In this document: positions 53,322 through 64,000 of the stretch, in pieces
How the letters are laid out: each line of letters starts with the position of its first letter
How positions within the stretch are numbered: the first letter of the stretch is position 1
Origin: Candidatus Aminicenantes bacterium
Lineage (GTDB): Bacteria > Acidobacteriota > Aminicenantia > Aminicenantales > Saccharicenantaceae
Assembly (NCBI GenBank): GCA_963813235.1
Contig: CAWEYF010000021.1
Location: 1,587-65,586 of the forward strand
Length of the DNA: 64,000 bases
Reading direction: 5' to 3'
Program-made: the position numbers and the translations under genes
The notes under the pieces: generated by a model
Database searches by the model: none
What the model was told of the DNA's origin: nothing
What the model saw: only the letters and a program-made list of their open reading frames with translations

Positions 53322-55411
53322 CGGGAATTCCCCGGCTTCCCCGTCTTCTCCCCCTCGACGACGACCCGCGAGTAGTCCGCGATCTCGAGGAGGAGCTTCC
53401 GGATGGCCTGGAGCAGGCCCAGCCGGTTCTGCCGGACCCTCTTGTCCTCCGCCATGACGAGGACCTTGTCGAAGAAGGCGTTGAGCGCGGGCCGGAGCCT
53501 GAGGATGATGTTCTGGGCGCGGGCGAAATCACCCTTCTCGATCATCGGCCCCGTGTTGTCCCGGATGATGACGAGCATCGAGTAAAGCTCTCGCTCCTCC
53601 TTCTCGACGAAGAGGTCGGGGTTGAGCCGGCAGGCCGGGACGTCCTTGAGGATGTTGTTGATCCGCTTGGCCATGAGGATGAACGGCTCGAAGTCCGGGC
53701 TCGATCTCAGGCCGTCGAGGGCCTTGACCCGCTGGAAGGAGTGGGCGATCCGGTCGATGCCCGGTCCGAGGGCCGCATCGACGAGGTCGTATCGGAATCC
53801 CCGGCGTCTCGAAAATATAGCGGAGCCGTCCCTCGAAGAACTCGACGCAGGCGGCCTTGACCTCGGCCCTGGGCCTGAGGAGCTTGTCGCCGAGGACCGT
53901 GAGAACCTTGTCGAGGAGCCGGGCAAAAGAGATGTCAAGCTTCTTCTCGATGACGATCGCGCAGACGCCGTGGGCGTTCCGCCGCAGGCCGAACGGATCG
54001 CTCGAGCCGGAGACCTGGAGGCCGACGCCGACGGCCCCGACGATGGAATCGATCTTATCGGCCAGGGAGACCAGGGCGCCCGTCATCGACGACGGGGGCT
54101 CGTCCTCCAGGCTCACGGGGCGGTAATGTTCATAAACAGCCTGATGAACGGCCGTGGGATAGCCTTCCACCTTCGCGTAGAGCCCGCCGACCTTCCCCTG
54201 GAGCGAGGGGAACTCACGGACCATGTCGGTCAGGAGGTCGGTCTTGCATAGCCCGGCGGCCTCGACGGCCTCCTTCTTGACCTTGGCGGCGCCGGTCCTG
54301 TCGCAAAGGTAGCCGACGATCTTCTTCATCCGCTGGACCTTGTCCTCGTAGCTCCCCAGCTTCTCCTGAAAGACGATGTTCTTGAGTCCGGCCGACCTTT
54401 CGGCCAGGGGTTTCCGGGTGTCCTGCGCCCAGAAGAACCGGGCGTCCTCCAGACGCGCCTTGAGGACACGCTCGTTGCCCTTGCGGATGAGCCCTTTGGG
54501 GTCCCCGGGGGCGTCGGCGACTCCCAGGAAAAGGGGAAGCTGCTTCCGGTCCTTGACGACGGAAAAGAGTTTCTGGCCCTCGCGCATCGCGGTGGCCAGA
54601 ACTTCGATCGGCAGCTCGAGATAGCGCTCGGGGAACGCTCCCTGGAAGACGAAGGGGAACTCGACGTTGTAGGCCAGCCTCTCCAGGAGCTCGTCGTCGG
54701 GAAAGGTCCCGGCGCCGAGGGGACGGAGTTCCTCCTCGATCTGGGAAAGGATCGCCTTCCGCCGCTCTTCGAAATCGACGATCACCAGGGCCTTCGCGAG
54801 CCGGTCCCGGTAGTCGGCGATCCCCTCGACCTGGATGGGCCCGGGCGCAAAGATCGGATGGCCGACCGTCGTGCCGGAAGCGTCCATCCCCTCGAAGGAG
54901 AACGGGAGGACCTTTCCGTCGAAGAGGGCGAGGAGCCCCTTGATCGGCCTCGAGAACTTGAAAGGGCTCTCCATCCAGCGCATCGTCCTCGGAAAGGAAA
55001 GCGAGGCGATGATACGCGGGAAGGCTTCCGTCAGGACCTCCGCCGCGGGCTTCCCCTTCCGGACCATCTTCGTCCCGAGATATTCCCCGCGCGGCGTGAT
55101 CACGACCTCGAGCGACGCGACGGGGATCCCCCGGGCCCGGGCGAACCCGAGGGCGGCCGGGGAATAGGAGCCGTCGGGCAGGAACGCCGCGGCCTTGGGC
55201 GGGCCGGTGACGACGACGCCGGCGTCCTCCTGGCCCGCGGCCACTTCGGCCGTGACGACGAGGCGGCGGCACGTGCCGCTCGTCGCGAGCTCCCGGACGG
55301 CGATCCCGGCCGACCTGAGCTCGGCCCGGAACTTCGCGTCCAACTGCTCCAGGGCCGAACGGACATGCGCGGCGGGAAGTTCCTCGGTGCGGATCTCGAG
55401 AAGCAGCTCCA

Positions 55412-55412
<1 letters not shown>
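53318..55412 (-). CDS. glyS: Glycine-tRNA ligase beta subunit (frameshift at about 53810)
   Basis: LLLEIRTEELP, GPP, MRW, RLEDARFF, EFPSLQG, GSSDPFGLRR and FFDKVLVM...NRL motifs. Confidence 0.95.
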
Positions 55413-56260
<848 letters not shown>

Positions 56261-57716
56261 CTATTTCTTTTCCCATTTCAGGACGGGCGTGCGGGCGGCC
56301 GCGGTCTCGTCCAGGCGCCGGACGTAGGTGGCGTGCGGGGCGGCGTGCAGGACCTCCGGGTCCTCGACGGCCTCCTTCGCGATGGCCTTCATGGCTTCGA
56401 TGAACCGGTCCAGGTCCCGCTTGCTCTCCGTTTCGGTGGGTTCGACCATCAGGGCGCCGTGGACGATGAGCGGGAACGACATCGTCGGCGGATGAAGTCC
56501 CATGTCGATCAGCCTCTTGGCGATGTCCAGGTTCGAGACCCCGTGCTCCTTCTGGTATTTGTCGGAGAAGACGCACTCGTGGAGGGTCGCGGTCGGATAC
56601 TTCATGTGATAGTCGCCCTCCAGGCTCTTGCGGATGTAGTTGGCGTTGAGGACGGCCGTCTCGGCGACCTCCCGGATCCCTTCGGGGCCCAGGTTGAGGA
56701 TGTAGGCCAGGGCCCGGACGATGACCAGAAAGTTCCCGTAGAAGCTCCGGATGCCGGCCGATGGAACCGGGCCGGTCCCCGGCCAGGGCGAACCGTCCGT
56801 CCTTCTCCTCGATGACCGGGACCGGGAGGTAGGGTTCCAGGGCCTTCTTCACGCCGACGGGGCCGGAGCCGGGCCCCCCGCCGCCGTGCGGGGTCGCGAA
56901 CGTCTTGTGGAGGTTGATGTGGAGGACGTCGACGCCCATGTCTCCCGGACGGACGATGCCGGTCAGGGCGTTCATGTTGGCGCCGTCCATATAGAGCAAG
57001 CCCCCCTTGGAATGGACGATCTCGGCGATCCGGCAGATATCCGACTCGAAGACGCCGAGCGTATTGGGGTTGGTGACCATCAGGGCGGCCACGTCCTCGT
57101 TCATGACGCGGGCCAGGTCCTCGAGATCGATGGTCCCCTTCTCGTTCGACTTGATCTCTTTGACCGCGTAGCCGCAGAGGTGGGCGCTCGACGGGTTCGT
57201 CCCATGAGCCGAGTCGGGGATGAGGACGTGCTTGCGGGCGTTTCCCCGCGCCTCGAGGGCGGCCCGGATGAGCATCATGCCCGCGAGCTCGCCGTGGGCG
57301 CCGGCCGCCGGCTGGAGGGTGAACGCATCCATCCCGGCGATCTCGCCGAGGAGCCTTTCGACCTGCTTGAGGAGGCGGAGGTTCCCCTGGACGAGCTCCT
57401 CGGGGGCGTTGGGGTGGGTGCCGATGAAGCCCGGGAGCGCCGCCAGCCGCTCATTGACCTTCGGGTTGTATTTCATCGTGCAGGAGCCCAGGGGGTAGAA
57501 TCCTAGGTCCACGCAATAATTCGTATGGGACAGCCGGGTGAAATGGCGGGTGACCTCGACCTCGGATAGCTCGGGGAATCCGTCGATCGTCTCCCGGACG
57601 GCGACGCCCTTGAGGATGTCCTTCCGTTCGGGAACGTCCAGCTTCTCGGCCCGGAAGGCCCGCTTCCCCTCCGAGCTGAGCTCGAACGCCAGCGGCTCGC
57701 GCATTTCGCGGATCAT
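56261..57716 (-). CDS. gcvPB: Glycine dehydrogenase subunit 2 (frameshift at about 56750)
   Basis: [41 protein letters not shown] and EPTETES motifs. Confidence 0.95.
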
Positions 57717-59060
57717 CGGAGCGCCTCCTCGAGGGCGGCGGCAAGCCTGTCGATGTCGTTCTTCCCGTGCTGCTCCGTAACACAGACAAGGGCGCACTTC
57801 TCGAGCCCGGGGAAATCCGCCCCGAGCCCGATGCCGGCCAGGATCCCCTTCGCCTTGAGGGCCCGGTCGATCCCGACCCAGTCCTTCGGGAATTCGAGGA
57901 CGAACTCGTTGAAATGGGGGCTCGCAAAACGGCGCTTGACGCCCGGGACCCGGGTCAGCCGGTCCGACCGCGTAGGCCGCCTTCTGGACGTTCTGCCAGG
58001 CCAGATCCCGAAGGCCCTGCTTGCCCACGGTCTCCAGGTAAATGGTCGCCCGGAGGGCGCAGAGGGCCTGGTTCGTGCAGATGTTGGACGTGGCCTTCTC
58101 CCGACGGATGTGCTGTTCCCGGGTGGCCAAAGTCAGGACGAAGCCCCTCTTTCCATCGACGTCGGTCGTCTGTCCGGCGATGCGGCCGGGAAGCTGGCGG
58201 ACGAAATCCTTCATGCAGGCCATGAATCCGAGGTAGGGCCCGCCGAAGCTCAGAGGGATCCCGAAGGATTGCCCCTCGCCGGTCACGATGTCCGCGCCGA
58301 GCTTGCCCGGGGCCTCGAGGAGGCCAAGGGAGAGGGCTTCGGCAACGACGACGGCCAGGAGAGCCTGCCCCCCGTGGACAGCGTCGGCCGCGGCCTTGAT
58401 ATCCTCGCAGACGCCGAAGTAGTTGGGCGACTGGAGGATGAGCGCCGAGGTCTCCGCATCGAGCATCCGGGCCAGGGCGGCCTTGTCGAGGCCGCCGGTG
58501 CTCTCATAAGGCACTTCTTCGGCCCTGATCCCCAGGTTCCGGATGTAGGTCCGGATGACGCTCTTATATTGGGGATGCAGGGAGGCCGAAATGAGCACTT
58601 TGGGCCTGTTCTTCAGCCTGTGGGCCATCAGGACGGCCTCGGCCGCCCCCGTGGCCCCCTCGTAGAGGGACGCGTTGGCGATATCCATGCCGGTCAACTG
58701 GCAGATCAGGGTCTGGTACTCGAAAATGGCCTGGAGGGTCCCCTGGCTCACCTCGGGCTGGTAGGGGGTGTAAGGCGTTACGAACTCGCCCCGAGAGCTC
58801 AGGTTGTCCACGACCGACGGGATGAAATGGTCATAAGCCCCGCCTCCGAGGAAGGATAGATACTTCGGGTAGGCGTTCTCCCCGGCGATCCCTTCGAGGT
58901 GCCGGACGAGAGCCGATTCGGGCATCGCCTCGGGAAGCGCCAGCTTCCCTGCGAGGCGGACGCCCTCGGGGATGCAGCAGAACAGGTCGTCCGTCGAGCC
59001 GACGCCGATCCGTTCGAGCATCTCCCGGCGATCCTTGTCGCTCAAAGAAACATAGCTCAT
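57713..59060 (-). CDS. gcvPA: Glycine dehydrogenase subunit 1 (frameshift at about 57970)
   Basis: [18 protein letters not shown] and [18 protein letters not shown] motifs. Confidence 0.95.
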
Positions 59061-59098
59061 GAAAATCCTCTCGCTGAGACCCGGCGGGGGCGCGGCCC

Positions 59099-59485
59099 TC
59101 AGGTTTCGAGTCCCTCCAGATGCTTCTCATAATCAGAGGCGGTCATCAGGGCCCCGACCGCAGCCTTGTCCGCGAGGCGGAGCCTGACGATCCAGCCCTT
59201 GCCGTGGGGGTCCTTATTGACGAGGTCGGCGGCCTGGCCGAGCTCGCTGTTGACGGCGACGACTTCGCCCGCGACCGGGGCGAAGACGTCGGAAACGGAT
59301 TTTACGGATTCGATGGTGCCGATGGTTTCGTGAGCGCCGAGCATTCGGCCGACCTCGGGGAGCTCGATGAAGATGATGTCGCCCAGCTGTTTCTGGGCGA
59401 AATCGGTGATGCCGACGACGGCTTCGCCGCCCTCGACCTTGACCCATTCGTGTTCCTTGGTGTAGCGGAATTCGTTCGGATACAT
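59099..59485 (-). CDS. gcvH: Glycine cleavage system H protein
   Basis: [14 protein letters not shown] and ESVK (lipoyl Lys). Confidence 0.97.
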   Translation of the reverse strand: MYPNEFRYTKEHEWVKVEGGEAVVGITDFAQKQLGDIIFIELPEVGRMLGAHETIGTIESVKSVSDVFAPVAGEVVAVNSELGQAADLVNKDPHGKGWIVRLRLADKAAVGALMTASDYEKHLEGLET

Positions 59486-59498
59486 ATGGACCTCCTGC

Positions 59499-60590
59499 TT
59501 ACTTCTTCTCTCTCTTGTAGAACGGCGTGGGAACGACCTTCGCCTTGACCACCTTGTCCCGGATGCCGATCCCGATCTCGGTCCCGACGGCGGTGCGCTC
59601 GACCGGAAGGTAGGCCAGGCCGATGGATTTCTTCAAGAACGGGGCGAACGTCCCGGAGCAGACCTCGGAGACCCTGGCCCCGCCGAAAAAGACCGGGTAG
59701 TGGGGCCGGGCGATGCCCCTCTCCGTGACCTCGAAGCCGGCGATCTTTCGCCGGACGCCCTCGGCGAGCTGTTTCTCGAGGATCGCCTTGCCGAGGAAAT
59801 CCCCCTTCTGGAACTTGCAGATCCACTTCAGGTCGGCTTCGAGGACAGTTGTCTTGTCGCTGATGTCGTTGCCGTAGAGCATGAGCTTGGCTTCGAGTCG
59901 CAATGTGTCGCGGGCGCCGAGTCCGATTGGAAGGACGCCGGCGTCCTTGCCCCGCTCGAGGATGGCCTCCCAGACGACGCCCGGGTTCGGGTCGAGCGTA
60001 TAGATCTCGAAGCCGTCCTCACCCGTGTATCCGGTCCGGGAAACGAGGGCATCGACGCCGGCGACCTTGCCGAACGCGAAGTGGAAGGATTTCATGCCTT
60101 CGAGGTCGAGGTCGGTCAGGGTCTGGAGGACCGTTACCGCCGCGGGCCCCTGGAGGGCGAGCTGGGAATAGGCGTCGCTCCGGTTCTCGACCTTCACGGC
60201 GAAGCCCTTGGCGTGATCGCCGATCCAGGCATGGTCCTTATCGGCGTTCGAGGCGTTGACGACCAGGAAATATTCCTCGGGCCCGATGCAGTAGACCAGC
60301 ATGTCGTCGACGAAGGTCCCCTCCGGGGTCGTCAGGGCCGTGTACTGGACCTGGCCCGGGGCCAGCCTTCCGGCATCGTTGGGCGTCAGGTGCTGGACGA
60401 AGGCCAGGGCGTCCTTGCCGCGGACGACGACCTCGCCCATGTGGCTGACGTCGAAGAGCCCGGCCCTCGTCCGGACCGCCATGTGCTCTTCGACGATGCC
60501 CGTGTATTCGACAGGCATCTCCCACCCGAAGAATTCGATCATCCGGGCATTCCATTTTTTATGGGATGCGTATAATCGCGTCCTTTTCAT
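59499..60590 (-). CDS. gcvT: Glycine cleavage aminomethyltransferase
   Basis: FDVSHMG, SRTGYTGEDGFE and GLGARDTLRLEA motifs. Confidence 0.97.
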   Translation of the reverse strand: MKRTRLYASHKKWNARMIEFFGWEMPVEYTGIVEEHMAVRTRAGLFDVSHMGEVVVRGKDALAFVQHLTPNDAGRLAPGQVQYTALTTPEGTFVDDMLVYCIGPEEYFLVVNASNADKDHAWIGDHAKGFAVKVENRSDAYSQLALQGPAAVTVLQTLTDLDLEGMKSFHFAFGKVAGVDALVSRTGYTGEDGFEIYTLDPNPGVVWEAILERGKDAGVLPIGLGARDTLRLEAKLMLYGNDISDKTTVLEADLKWICKFQKGDFLGKAILEKQLAEGVRRKIAGFEVTERGIARPHYPVFFGGARVSEVCSGTFAPFLKKSIGLAYLPVERTAVGTEIGIGIRDKVVKAKVVPTPFYKREKK

Positions 60591-60767
60591 GAAGCCGTCC
60601 TTTCAAGAATGAAGAACTATTCTAGTACCACATTTCGCCGCCCTCCGCAAGTCGATCTAAACCAGAAACGGGTTCCACTTGCGGTCATTGAAAATTTCCC
60701 TCCTGACCTTGAAAGGGATTAGCGTATAAGCGCAAGAAGCGGATGTCCCCTCCCGAAGATCGGATCG

Positions 60768-60819
60768 AGAAAAGAGAACCGTCTCCGCTTATGGCTGGAG
60801 AGAGCGGGGACGGACTCTT
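60768..60819 (-). terminator. putative intrinsic terminator downstream of gdhA
   Basis: Stem AAGAGTCCGTCCCCGCT / AGCGGAGACGGTTCTCTT followed by a T-tract on the minus strand. Confidence 0.5.
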
Positions 60820-60865
60820 AGGCCTTCCGCACTCCCCGGCAAGAAGGAGTCATCAAAGAAATTGT

Positions 60866-62229
<1,364 letters not shown>

Positions 62230-62431
62230 AAATACTCCTTTTTTATGAAATCGTGCGCGATGAATTTTTGTGATTCACCGCCCTCCTTCATAACGCAATA
62301 TTGTTAGCGGTTTATTTGGGTTGTGTTGGGATTTCAATAAATATGGGCCCGTTTTCTCTGGGGCGATCGGCTTCCTTGACTTTTACCAGGGCTCAGTTTA
62401 ATTTTAAAAGGAAAGAGAGAGGAAAAACGGC

Positions 62432-63710
<1,279 letters not shown>

Positions 63711-63720
<10 letters not shown>

Positions 63721-64000
63721 TTTTGCCTGATCGGCCGCCCATTGCGTCCTTCGACCGCCGCTTTTTCACCGGGAAGGAGAAGTTCACGTCCATCGGCCGG
63801 GGCGACCTGGGGGGAAAAGCCCACGGGTTGGCTCTGATGAAGGATATCTTGGAGAGTCGGCTGGCCGAGCAGTTTCGCCCCGAGATAGAAATCAACATTC
63901 CCACGCTGACCGTGATCACGACCGATTTTTTCGACGCTATTCATGGAACAGAACGGTCTCAACGACCTGGCCCTCTCCAACCTCCGGGACGATCTCATCG
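63711..64000 (+). CDS. PEP/pyruvate-binding (PPDK_N) domain protein, partial
   Basis: Manual translation from GTG 63711: ...FTSIGRGDLGGKAHGLA...INIPTLTVITTDFFD(fs)FMEQNGL. Confidence 0.75.

Overview
GC-rich (roughly two-thirds G+C by eye) diderm bacterial chromosome segment. Gene content and order suggest an Acidobacteriota or Ca. Aminicenantia-like organism, which is inference only. It is mostly housekeeping: rpsO-pnp, waaA, lpxB, proS, coaE, prfB with its programmed +1 frameshift, mazG, ribF-pyrR-pyrC-rnc, gcvTHP-glyQS and gdh. Many genes, including essential ones, carry single-base indels, which point to an error-prone long-read consensus rather than real pseudogenes. I found no tRNA, rRNA, CRISPR array or transposase. 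The most interesting modules are: (1) a VpsT/CsgD-like pseudo-receiver LuxR protein with a WLPR motif, flanked by three PilZ paralogs and shared ATCACC boxes, with a PAS-HK/REC-GGDEF/Hpt relay and a fourth PilZ nearby; (2) DUF362, a Tat-signal AmmeMemoRadiSam radical SAM enzyme and a membrane spermidine-synthase-fold protein lacking the aminopropyltransferase residues; (3) a split MprF, MgtA and AcvB/VirJ operon; (4) a GDH paralog missing the catalytic Lys, coupled to a PPDK_N protein and divergent from an intact gdhA; (5) an iPGM that starts mid-protein, possibly circularly permuted; (6) an lnt C-terminal relic that holds a likely prfB promoter; and (7) candidate structured RNAs and a REP-like element.
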